IMG/VR virus record: IMGVR_UViG_3300028260_000001
Coordinates: 120,333 to 184,332 of that record
Strand: one strand, 5' to 3'
Length of the DNA: 64,000 nt
Origin: a virus
Lineage: Duplodnaviria > Heunggongvirae > Uroviricota > Caudoviricetes
Made by a program: the position numbers and the translations under genes. The notes under the pieces are model-generated. The model was not told the origin of the DNA. It ran no database searches and was given only the letters and a program-made list of their open reading frames with translations. Below, piece by piece: positions 1-7,827 of the stretch (position 1 is the stretch's first letter; every line of letters begins with the position of its first letter).

Positions 1-1
1 C

Positions 2-292
2 GAGCACACTGGTATGGTAGTGCGATACGCAGTTACTTGTGACGAAGCACGACGCCTAAGATTCTATATAAACGGCAACCTAGTCCAGATCCGTAATGGT
101 AATAACAGTAGTTCTTCTGCACCATTACAAGATTATTTCCAGTCGGGTCCCGCCGGTAACTTTGCTGCACTCACCACGTTGTACATGGGTGCACTTAACA
201 ACAACGCGAACAACGTAGCTCGTTACCTAGGTAATGTGCGGATCAGTAACTACGTGCGGTATCGCGGTAATTACACGCCTGTACCAATATAG
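2..292 (+). CDS. C-terminal fragment of a structural/receptor-binding protein (ConA/LamG-like lectin fold); 5' end lies off the window
   Basis: Open frame runs from window edge; RFYINGNLV / asparagine-rich lectin-like C-terminus. Confidence 0.45.
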   Translation, partial: EHTGMVVRYAVTCDEARRLRFYINGNLVQIRNGNNSSSSAPLQDYFQSGPAGNFAALTTLYMGALNNNANNVARYLGNVRISNYVRYRGNYTPVPI

Positions 293-301
293 GAAGACGC
301 T

Positions 302-796
302 ATGTTTGAATTATGGTTAAAACCTAAAGCAGATGACTCGTTACCCCCAGGGCAGTATAAAGAGTTTCGGTTGTATATTCTTACGGTTAACGGAGCGTCG
401 TACGCACAGCTAGCTGAATTAGAATTGTATGATGCTACTAATACTAACCGGCTAAGAATGGCTGGTGTGACAGCTAACCAATCAAGTTACTACAGTAGTG
501 GTGGCACCTATGATGCTTATTTAGCGATTGATGGTAATGGTCAGTCAAAATGGACTTCTTCAGCAGGCCAGCAGAATAACTCATGGGTTAGCTTTGTATT
601 ACCGGTAGCCATTACGCCAACCAGTTACGTATTGGTAAACGTAGGTTCTCCCTCTAACGAAGGTGTACGTATGCCAAACACATTTAGGTTGGAAGCGAAG
701 AACCAACAAGGTGAGTGGGTAACCTTGGATTCTCGATCAGCCCAAGCTAGTTGGGGTGCAGCAGAAAGACGAACGTACACCATTACACTTCCGTAA
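302..796 (+). CDS. F5/8 type C (discoidin) domain carbohydrate-binding protein
   Basis: AIDGNGQSKWTS...W motif typical of discoidin/galactose-binding-like domain; RBS-like AGGAAGA upstream. Confidence 0.6.
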   Translation: MFELWLKPKADDSLPPGQYKEFRLYILTVNGASYAQLAELELYDATNTNRLRMAGVTANQSSYYSSGGTYDAYLAIDGNGQSKWTSSAGQQNNSWVSFVLPVAITPTSYVLVNVGSPSNEGVRMPNTFRLEAKNQQGEWVTLDSRSAQASWGAAERRTYTITLP

Positions 797-812
797 TAAT
801 AAAATACTGATT

Positions 813-832
813 GTGTAATAGTATACGAGAGG
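813..832 (+). promoter_or_regulatory. conserved 20-mer GTGTAATAGTATACGAGAGG upstream of tRNA cluster 1 (promoter candidate)
   Basis: 17/20 identity with 3639-3659, which directly abuts tRNA-Leu(TAG). Confidence 0.35.
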
Positions 833-935
833 TTGCCGTTAGACCTCCATCAGAGCGTAAGTGAAGGCAGCCTAAAACCTTCACGTTCAGGGGTGAGATA
901 CCGGAACCTCACTTAAATAAACCCGGCCAATTTCA

Positions 936-1011
936 GGGTCATTAGTTCAATTGGCAGAACACCGGCCTCCAAAGCCGGGTGTTGGTGGTTCGAGTCCATC
1001 ATGGCCCGCCA
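936..1011 (+). tRNA. tRNA-Trp (anticodon CCA)
   Basis: Cloverleaf folded by hand: acceptor GGGTCAT/ATGGCCC, anticodon loop CUCCAAA, T-loop GGTTCGAGTCC, encoded CCA. Confidence 0.85.
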
Positions 1012-1768
1012 ATTTCATCACAGACTTCGGTCTGCAAGTCCTCTGGTCTAACACACCTTAGGCAATCGATTTTGTAAGAGCCCATGACAGGGTGTTGGGT
1101 AAGTGCACTCCACCCCACTGCGCTGAAAAGGTCGCCTGAGTCCGAATAGATGAAGGTAGAGGATCGTTTCATCACTCTCTTACAATACGTCTCTCCACTG
1201 AGAGATGCAAGACCTTGGACTTAATCCGTCCTAGGCTCTGGACTACACAGGTGTCTGATTAATCCTCAGACTAGGGCGCAGAGTTGCACTTGTGAGTTCT
1301 ATGAATGATACCCAATGACGACTGATAAAAGACTAGAGTAATCAGTTAACAGGGAAACTCGATGCCCGTACCCTCGATACCCCAAAGGCCAGATAGTCCT
1401 GGTTACTAAGGCGCTCATTCCGAAGAAGCGTGATGACTCGGCTACAACGGATTAGTAGATTCCGTCACCGGTCTACATTGAGAACCTAAGGGTTTTAGAT
1501 GTGAGGCCATCTGCACGACAGTGAGCCTTCGGGTGGTCATAGTCCCAATGAGGAAGGGCGTTTCCTCCGCGCACACGGGTGTACCTCTTGAGTGGTTACT
1601 TGGTGTGCACATATTCTCGAATACTTGCCCTCCATCGCATTCTGAAGCTGCTTGTGAGGTGAGTAGTAGATAGACCTAACTTCCGTGCTAGTCTTCATGA
1701 ACAGCGATGTGTTAGGTTGAAAAGTTCCCCAGTGGCGATCTACAAGTTTGTATAGCTGGGACTAATTA
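1012..1768 (+). ncRNA. ORF-free highly structured RNA region with group I intron-like core elements (candidate ribozyme/intron or large ncRNA)
   Basis: No ORF >=60 aa over 757 nt. CAGACTA at 1267-1273 and AGATAGTCC at 1391-1399 give the GACTA/TAGTC P7-like pairing (elements R and S). CAGGGAAACUCG GNRA hairpin at 1350-1361; multiple UUCG and GAAA hairpins. Confidence 0.3.
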
Positions 1769-1853
1769 GCCGGAATGGTGGAGTGGAATACACAACGCAC
1801 TTAAAATGCGTCGCCCATCGGGATCGCGAGTTCGAATCTCGCTTCCGGCACCA
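1769..1853 (+). tRNA. tRNA-Leu (anticodon TAA), class II with long variable arm
   Basis: Acceptor GCCGGAA/TTCCGGC, anticodon loop CUUAAAA, T-loop GAGTTCGAATCTC, CCA encoded. Confidence 0.85.
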
Positions 1854-1864
1854 AACAACATAGT

Positions 1865-1890
1865 GCTTCCCCTAGGGGAAGCTTTATGCC
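1865..1890 (+). repeat. intergenic hairpin cassette (GCTTCCCCTAGGGGAAGC + TTTATGCC)
   Basis: 18-bp perfect palindrome followed by TTTATGCCG; identical palindrome recurs at 2603-2620. Confidence 0.6.
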
Positions 1891-1970
1891 GCAATGTTAT
1901 GTTTAGGAGATAATAGAATGTTCAAACAACTATTAGCAGGTATAACTACAGTTTGGAATTGGTGACTTAA

Positions 1971-2588
1971 ATGATGGAAACATTATTAATGCGTGCTCAG
2001 GTGACACCGTCAAATGTACCAGGGCCAGCAACCCTACGTAATGGGGACAGTACATTAGGTTATTATGGACAAGTACCAACGTCTGAATTCATTACTAGTA
2101 CTGACTTAGCCACCCAAGTTAACTTGACGGCGGGTACAGCGCTTGCAAACAACGAGACATGGTTGAAGTTTGCATATAAAGGAAAGGTGCTCTTTGTTGC
2201 TATGCAACCATTCCGTAACTTCATCTCACCAACGCAACTAGAAGCAGCGAATCTAATCAACGGCGCTAAAACAATTACGTTCTTAGGTCGTCTATATAAA
2301 GTTCGTTTGATGTTGGGTGGTGCAGCATCGCCAGGTAATGGGAGCGAATGGAACGACCTGATCTACCGTGTACACGCTAGTGATCCTACAGGGTCTAATT
2401 GGGAAGCGTTCACAAACGCCGATCTGGTGGTAGGGGTTGGTAACGGGCGTACGTCGTGGTGTCAGGAAATACCATCCGGTACTAACCGTACGTATCGCGG
2501 ATATGCGTCATTAACAGAGTGGGCATCTGGCGGCACTGGTTCAGCCACAGCTACAACAGGTTGGCGTCCAGTGCTAGAATTGGTCTAG
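1971..2588 (+). CDS. hypothetical protein (possible tail-fibre/receptor-binding component)
   Basis: 205-aa ORF between lectin-domain genes; Gly/Ser/Thr-rich C-terminus; preceded by 15-codon upstream ORF 1918-1965. Confidence 0.5.
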   Translation: MMETLLMRAQVTPSNVPGPATLRNGDSTLGYYGQVPTSEFITSTDLATQVNLTAGTALANNETWLKFAYKGKVLFVAMQPFRNFISPTQLEAANLINGAKTITFLGRLYKVRLMLGGAASPGNGSEWNDLIYRVHASDPTGSNWEAFTNADLVVGVGNGRTSWCQEIPSGTNRTYRGYASLTEWASGGTGSATATTGWRPVLELV

Positions 2589-2602
2589 TGGAACGACATA
2601 AG

Positions 2603-2620
2603 GCTTCCCCTAGGGGAAGC
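2603..2620. repeat. palindromic hairpin between convergent genes (probable bidirectional terminator)
   Basis: Same 18-mer as 1865-1882; sits between the + gene ending 2588 and the - gene ending 2631. Confidence 0.55.
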
Positions 2621-2630
2621 CAATATGACA

Positions 2631-3590
2631 TCATTCAATGTAAAGGTGATCGGTACGAACCATAGACGCATCACCTGCCTTACCTAAACCGTTGAAGAAG
2701 TGGAACTCTCCATTCTCAACTGCTGAAGCGAAACCACCACGTTTGGTTAGCGTATCGCCAGTAAGGGTAAGATTACGCCAACTGTTTAGTCCAGGGATGT
2801 ATTCCCAGAAGTCAGCTAAGGAATCTGTAGCGTTACCATCCGTATAACCGCCGAACACATAGAACTTGCCATAAGCTGGAAGCAAACAGGAATAGCATCG
2901 AATGGCAGGTTGTGTGGCTGGAGCAACAAATCCGTTGTATACGTTATCGCCGATGGTATAACGAATTATGTCGTTATTCGTTTTAGATCCACCGTTAGTC
3001 AACCCACCGAAAATATAAACCCCAGTACCAGAAATTGCGATAGCGTGTCCATGTCTGGATTCTGGCAATTGTGCAATCACACGCCAAGTATTATTTGAAA
3101 TGGTGTAGACATCGGCTAACCTTAATTGCGGTGTAGCTTGAGTACCGTTCCAGCCACCAAAGAAATAGATCTCTCCTTGGTATACAACTGCACCATGGTA
3201 AGTACGTCCCAAGTTCGGAGTAGGGGTAAGAGAAGTCCAAGTGTCTGTAGCAATGTCGTAAGCATGCAACTCTTTGGTATAGGTCGATGAGTTGACCGTA
3301 TTACCGGAGAATAGATAGATCTTTCCATTCCAGTAAGACAGTGTACCACCTGACCGACCATTTGGTAAGTTAGCTAAGTTCACCCACTGTCGTGTAGTAA
3401 GATCAAATCTTCGGAAAGTCGATATTGCACCACCACTACCATCCTGAAGTCGACCACCTCCAAGGTATATACCACCGTTACAGCCAATGGCCATAGCTCC
3501 AGAGTTGCCGGGTAATAGGTCACCAACCAACGTTACGCGAGTCTCTAATTTCTTAGGGGGCTTCCCAGGAAATAATAATTGTTCAAACAT
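2631..3590 (-). CDS. Kelch-repeat beta-propeller protein (galactose-oxidase-like fold), probable receptor-binding/tail-associated
   Basis: Repeated GG....Y..D/N..T..W blades (YDIATDTWTSL, FDLTTRQWVNL, YTISNNTWRVI). Confidence 0.65.
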   Translation of the reverse strand: MFEQLLFPGKPPKKLETRVTLVGDLLPGNSGAMAIGCNGGIYLGGGRLQDGSGGAISTFRRFDLTTRQWVNLANLPNGRSGGTLSYWNGKIYLFSGNTVNSSTYTKELHAYDIATDTWTSLTPTPNLGRTYHGAVVYQGEIYFFGGWNGTQATPQLRLADVYTISNNTWRVIAQLPESRHGHAIAISGTGVYIFGGLTNGGSKTNNDIIRYTIGDNVYNGFVAPATQPAIRCYSCLLPAYGKFYVFGGYTDGNATDSLADFWEYIPGLNSWRNLTLTGDTLTKRGGFASAVENGEFHFFNGLGKAGDASMVRTDHLYIE

Positions 3591-3638
3591 CAGAATATAC
3601 CTAAGGCTAAGTCTTATAGGATGTCGGGAAAAAATACT

Positions 3639-3658
3639 ACGAGTATAATAATATACGA

Positions 3659-3659
<1 letters not shown>
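3639..3659 (+). promoter_or_regulatory. promoter candidate for tRNA cluster 2 (TATAAT at 3644-3649 + conserved TATACGAG)
   Basis: Perfect -10 hexamer 10 nt before the tRNA 5' end; 20-mer shared with 813-832. Confidence 0.4.
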
Positions 3660-3743
<84 letters not shown>

Positions 3744-3750
3744 ATTACCA

Positions 3751-3840
3751 GGAAGTATGGCCGAGTGGTCAATGGCTCGGGCCTTGAAAACCCGCGACCC
3801 TTAAGTGGGTCCTAGAGTTCGAATCTCTATGCTTCCGCCA
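3751..3840 (+). tRNA. tRNA-Ser (anticodon TGA), class II
   Basis: Acceptor GGAAGTA/TGCTTCC, loop CUUGAAA (31-39 C-A mismatch), 18-nt variable arm, T-loop TTCGAAT, G73, CCA. Confidence 0.8.
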
Positions 3841-3848
3841 GTTACAAA

Positions 3849-3934
3849 GCTGAGATGGCAGAGTGGTTGAATGCACGGGATTGCAAATCCTGCATCGAAA
3901 GATCTCGGGGGTTCGAATCCCTCTCTCAGCTCCA
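3849..3934 (+). tRNA. atypical class II (long variable arm, Ser/Leu-like body) tRNA with anticodon GCA (would read Cys codons UGY); discriminator U73
   Basis: Acceptor GCTGAGA/TCTCAGC, D-arm TGGCAGAGTGGTTGAATGCA, anticodon stem CGGGA/TCCTG with loop UUGCAAA, variable arm ATC-GAAA-GAT hairpin, T-arm GGGGGTTCGAATCCCTC, TCCA. Confidence 0.6.
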
Positions 3935-3935
3935 A

Positions 3936-4011
3936 GCCGCTATAGCTCAGTTGGTAGAGCAGCTGACTTGTAATCAGCAGGTCCCCGGTTCGAATCCGTG
4001 TGGCGGCACCA
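3936..4011 (+). tRNA. tRNA-Thr (anticodon TGT)
   Basis: Acceptor GCCGCTA/TGGCGGC, loop CUUGUAA, T-loop GGTTCGAATCC, CCA; 1-nt spacer to previous tRNA. Confidence 0.85.
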
Positions 4012-4038
4012 TATTGACCTTAGGGTCCCTTCGCATTA

Positions 4039-4066
4039 GGTCATCCTTAGGGGTGACTTTTATGCC
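4039..4066 (+). repeat. intergenic hairpin cassette + TTTTATGCC
   Basis: GGTCATCC-TTAG-GGGTGAC hairpin followed by TTTTATGCC; short ORF 4062-4094 overlaps the start of the 4091 gene as ATGA. Confidence 0.5.
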
Positions 4067-4090
4067 TTCAATTACCAATAGGAATTTCCA

Positions 4091-4471
4091 ATGACTCCAG
4101 AAACACTGCGTCGCCGTATTAACAATCGCCTGCTCTCTGCGGAACAACATCGTGAAATAACACAACGATTAGTAGCAGCGCAAAAGACTAAAGTAGTTCA
4201 GGTAGCCTTGCCACCTCCAACCCAAGAATGTGTGGTTGCTTACGGTTCTCGGCTAACTCCATTGCTTACACCACTGCTGGGAGATTGTACTTGGACTGAC
4301 GCCCAAATGGCGGCTGTAATCGAATCCAAGTTATATGAAGTTCGTAAGCAATTCCATGGGCCGAACAAAAGTTATGCTGACCCAGTACCTTCAGTAGAGA
4401 TCTGCGATGCTGGCCGCAGTCGATATTTCCGTCTGCTATTAAATGGTTACGAGATCGGGACTATTGGCTAA
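4091..4471 (+). CDS. hypothetical protein, translationally coupled (TAATG) to the radical SAM gene
   Basis: 126-aa ORF; AGGAAT RBS-like upstream; stop overlaps the next start. Confidence 0.55.
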   Translation: MTPETLRRRINNRLLSAEQHREITQRLVAAQKTKVVQVALPPPTQECVVAYGSRLTPLLTPLLGDCTWTDAQMAAVIESKLYEVRKQFHGPNKSYADPVPSVEICDAGRSRYFRLLLNGYEIGTIG

Positions 4472-5373
4472 TGGAAAATAAATTGATCTTCCGCGAACAT
4501 TGGTCTGAACTTGATCGGTCAGTAAACTTCGAACATCGTTTGGAAGATGGACCAGGTATGTTGGAAGCGCGGTATGTCCAACGGACTGACGATTACTTCA
4601 TCGTTTACCTGTCTTCTCAGACTGGATGTGAACAAGCCTGTCGTATGTGTTGGTTGACTCAAACAGGACAGAACAAATCTCGTGACGTTACTGTGGACGA
4701 ATATCTGCAACAAGCCGAACGAGTAATGGAACACTACGGACGACGGCTGTCTTACACCGGTAAGTTTGCTAATAAGGTCCACTTCAACTTCATGGCCCGT
4801 GGTGAACCATTGGCTAATAAGATCTTCTTGGAGAATGCCGATGAGATCTTGGGCCGCCTGCGGGACCTCGCAAAGAAATGGGCATTGACACCTAAGTTTT
4901 TGATCTCTACGATCATGCCTAAGGAGATGGGTGACTTAGCCCTGACAGATATCTTCAAAGACCCCAGCGTGTATCCTGAACTTTACTACTCAATGTATTC
5001 CACAGAGGTGAAGTTCCGTAAGCGTTGGTTGCCAAAAGCAATACCGTGTAACAATGCCTTGCGTATGCTCCGACAATGGCAAGAGCAAACAGGCAAAATC
5101 CCCAAGATTCATTACGCCTTTATCGATGGAGAAAATGACTCTGTAGACAATGTACTCGACTGCTGTAACATGGTCTATGCCTACGGTCTCACTGTGAACT
5201 GGAACATCGTACGTTACAACCCGCCGGAAGGACATGACTCAAAAGAACCACCAGAAGAATACATCTACTTCCTAGCGGATGTAATTCGAAACTTCCCTAA
5301 CGTAGGAAAGGTTAAAGTGATCCCTCGGGTGGGCACAGATGTAAAAGCTTCATGCGGTACATTCCTGAAATAA
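4471..5373 (+). CDS. radical SAM RlmN/Cfr-family RNA (adenine-C2/C8) methyltransferase-like enzyme
   Basis: LSSQTGCEQACRMCW (Cx3Cx2C as in RlmN SSQVGCALECKFC), MARGEPL, WNIVRYNPPEG and C-terminal ASCG each match an RlmN block. Confidence 0.75.
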   Translation: MENKLIFREHWSELDRSVNFEHRLEDGPGMLEARYVQRTDDYFIVYLSSQTGCEQACRMCWLTQTGQNKSRDVTVDEYLQQAERVMEHYGRRLSYTGKFANKVHFNFMARGEPLANKIFLENADEILGRLRDLAKKWALTPKFLISTIMPKEMGDLALTDIFKDPSVYPELYYSMYSTEVKFRKRWLPKAIPCNNALRMLRQWQEQTGKIPKIHYAFIDGENDSVDNVLDCCNMVYAYGLTVNWNIVRYNPPEGHDSKEPPEEYIYFLADVIRNFPNVGKVKVIPRVGTDVKASCGTFLK

Positions 5374-5676
5374 AATACTAGGAGTGTAATGTTATGAAAT
5401 AAACTGGTCTTAGCGGTTTACCAGTTCGGGCGGAAGGCCACTAATAACGGAGTCTGTCAAGCTCCTTACCGCAGCCTGGATTAGAGAGTGACTTCATTAA
5501 TCTGGGTAAGTCGTGTTGGATATCCGTGAGCATCCGTCGCCAGAGCCTCCCGTATGGGGAGGACAGACTGAGTTGCGAACTACCCCAATGCGGTGACTGG
5601 ACTTATCAATCTATTAACACGGAGGACGCTCTGTGTGTTAGACGATAATCTCTGGTTCTACTATATGGCATACGGT

Positions 5677-5700
5677 CTTCCCTGCGGGGAAGGCTTTATG
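5677..5700 (+). repeat. intergenic hairpin cassette (UGCG loop) + CTTTATGTCG
   Basis: CTTCCC-TGCG-GGGAAG followed by GCTTTATG; a 14-codon ORF 5698-5742 starts at the ATG. Confidence 0.5.
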
Positions 5701-5767
5701 TCGTTAAAAGAATACTCGTCAGGATACAGTATACTGGACTAACCGTTGACAACTACAAGGAAATGCA

Positions 5768-6124
5768 ATGGCATTTTCGCCTGTCAATGGAATCAGTAAC
5801 ATGTTTCACGAAACCTGGAAAGAAAACGGTCTTCAACAAATGCTCGAAGATTTTCGAATCGACGAGTCGGTAATCGCTGGCTGTGACATTGTTCACGCTT
5901 ATTACCACGATGATTATAGTAACTACTGCGGTAAAGCATACGTGCTATTCGTCAAAGATGGTAAGTACTACGAAGTCTTCGGATCTCATTGTTCATGCAT
6001 GGGCCTCGAAGATCAGTGGGAGCCGGAAGAAGTCACGCTGGAGTTCTTGTTAAAAGGACAGGCGAGTACTTACGACCGAGGTGATTACCATGAAGACTTA
6101 CAAACTTACTTGGCCAACCGTTAG
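5768..6124 (+). CDS. hypothetical protein (Cys/His-rich)
   Basis: 118-aa ORF with GGAAATGCAATG RBS spacing. Confidence 0.5.
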   Translation: MAFSPVNGISNMFHETWKENGLQQMLEDFRIDESVIAGCDIVHAYYHDDYSNYCGKAYVLFVKDGKYYEVFGSHCSCMGLEDQWEPEEVTLEFLLKGQASTYDRGDYHEDLQTYLANR

Positions 6125-6135
6125 TCTAGTTGTAG

Positions 6136-6161
6136 GGGAGGCTTCGGCCTCCTTTATTTCG
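6136..6161 (+). repeat. intergenic hairpin cassette (UUCG loop) + TTTATTTCG
   Basis: GGGAGGC-TTCG-GCCTCC then TTTATTTCG (variant of TTTATGCCG). Confidence 0.5.
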
Positions 6162-6190
6162 CAATCTCAATTCTTACGCGAGGTATCGCA

Positions 6191-6538
6191 ATGAAATGGG
6201 AACTTGGGCGTCAAGGAACAGGTTACGAAAAACTGAAGTTGATAAACCGTTGGCGGTACTTCAGTCGTTTCAAATGGGATCTCTACTTATTGCGATATCG
6301 GGTAGGTGCAGGGATACCACGGCATCGTGATCCATTGCCAGATCACAGTCACTACAGATTAAACATCTACTTGTGGAATGCACAAGCAGGTGGTGTACCA
6401 GAACACGATGATGTGATCATAAGCAATCGCTTCTTCACATTGTTCCGTCCTGATCTACACACTCACAGCGTAAGCCAAGTAACTAAAGGTACTCGTTACG
6501 TCCTTAGTTTTGGTTTGTCTAAACGCAATACCCTTTAA
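6191..6538 (+). CDS. small 2OG-Fe(II) oxygenase-like (double-stranded beta-helix) protein
   Basis: H-R-D ... H(THS) ... R-Y-V-L-S arrangement matches the HxD/H/RxS facial triad spacing; only 115 aa. Confidence 0.5.
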   Translation: MKWELGRQGTGYEKLKLINRWRYFSRFKWDLYLLRYRVGAGIPRHRDPLPDHSHYRLNIYLWNAQAGGVPEHDDVIISNRFFTLFRPDLHTHSVSQVTKGTRYVLSFGLSKRNTL

Positions 6539-6563
6539 ACTCTATTCCATCCGCGAGAGCTAT

Positions 6564-7826
6564 ATGAAACAGACACGTACATTCGAAATCATCGGCGGTG
6601 AACCAGCTCCAGGTTCCAAGCCAATCAAAGGCTGGACCGTTGGTGTTCCAGTTGAACCCGATGCGGTTAAGCAACTCAAGAACATTGCATCGCTACCGTT
6701 CATCTATTCCCACATTGCTGTGATGCCCGATGTACATCTGGGTAAAGGTGCAACGGTAGGTTCTGTGGTTGCCACCAAAGGTGCAATCATTCCAGCAGCT
6801 GTAGGTGTTGACATCGGCTGTGGAATGGCGGCACAACGTTTGACCTTTAAGTCGACCGCACTACCAGAGTCCTTGGGTCATCTGCGTGCAGCTATCGAAG
6901 CAGCCGTTCCACATGGCCGTACTGATAACGGCGGTAAGAATGACCGTGGTGCTTTCGGTACTGTAAAGGTATTCGATCACCCAGTCAAAGCTATTCGTGA
7001 CGAAGCATTCGAACTTCGTAAGCAACTGGATTGGATCTGTGAGAAACATCCTAAGTTGGCTAAAGCAGCACAGCGTGCATGGAATCACGTAGGTACTCTC
7101 GGTACTGGTAACCACTTCATCGAACTGTGTCTGGATGAAACTGATCAAGTGTGGGTAATGCTGCATTCTGGTTCGCGTGGTATTGGTAACGCAATCGGCA
7201 CTTACTTCATCGCCAAGGCAAAAGAAGAGATGCAACGTTTCTTCATCCATCTGCCAGATGGTGACCTCGCTTACTTGCCAGAAGGCTCGAAGTATTACCA
7301 AGACTACATTGGTGCTGTATCGTGGGCACAACGGTTTGCTGCACTGAACCGTTCTTTGATGATGCATGCCACCTTGGGTGCAATCCACAACGTACTGGGT
7401 CTGCCGATCGATTCAGATATGGGTGCGATCAACTGTCACCACAACTACGTGTCGGAAGAACGACACATGGGTAACAACGTACTCGTTACTCGTAAGGGTG
7501 CCGTAAACGCTTCTCAAGGGGTGTTGGGTATTATCCCTGGGTCGATGGGTGCAAAGTCCTTTATCGTTCGTGGTAAGGGTAACCGTGATTCGTTCTGCTC
7601 GTGTTCGCATGGCGCAGGTCGAGTGATGTCTCGTACCCAAGCAGCTAAAACCTTTACGCTCGAAGATCACATCCGTGATACCGCGGGTGTAGAATGCCGT
7701 AAGGATATCGACGTGATCGATGAAACTCCAAAGGCATACAAGAACATCGAAGACGTAATGGCTGCACAAGAAGAACTGGTAGAAATCGTTCATACGCTCA
7801 AACAGTTCCTTTGTGTAAAGGGGTGA
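6564..7826 (+). CDS. rtcB: RtcB RNA 3'-phosphate/2',3'-cyclic-phosphate-5'-OH ligase
   Basis: Hallmark motifs MPDVHLGKG, GVDIGCGM, SHGAGR; start placed at MKQTRT (GAGAG RBS) although the ORF opens at 6510. Confidence 0.85.
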   Translation: MKQTRTFEIIGGEPAPGSKPIKGWTVGVPVEPDAVKQLKNIASLPFIYSHIAVMPDVHLGKGATVGSVVATKGAIIPAAVGVDIGCGMAAQRLTFKSTALPESLGHLRAAIEAAVPHGRTDNGGKNDRGAFGTVKVFDHPVKAIRDEAFELRKQLDWICEKHPKLAKAAQRAWNHVGTLGTGNHFIELCLDETDQVWVMLHSGSRGIGNAIGTYFIAKAKEEMQRFFIHLPDGDLAYLPEGSKYYQDYIGAVSWAQRFAALNRSLMMHATLGAIHNVLGLPIDSDMGAINCHHNYVSEERHMGNNVLVTRKGAVNASQGVLGIIPGSMGAKSFIVRGKGNRDSFCSCSHGAGRVMSRTQAAKTFTLEDHIRDTAGVECRKDIDVIDETPKAYKNIEDVMAAQEELVEIVHTLKQFLCVKG

Positions 7827-7827
7827 C

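Noticed and set aside
1012-1768. Additional tRNA genes or a split, intron-containing tRNA within the ORF-free RNA region
   Set aside because: No further T-loop (GTTCRANYC) or acceptor-stem pairings were found. The flanking tRNA-Trp and tRNA-Leu(TAA) are complete.
3855-4094. 79-aa + strand ORF spanning the tRNA cluster
   Set aside because: Its sequence is made of tRNA-Cys-like, tRNA-Thr and hairpin DNA. Coding is implausible.
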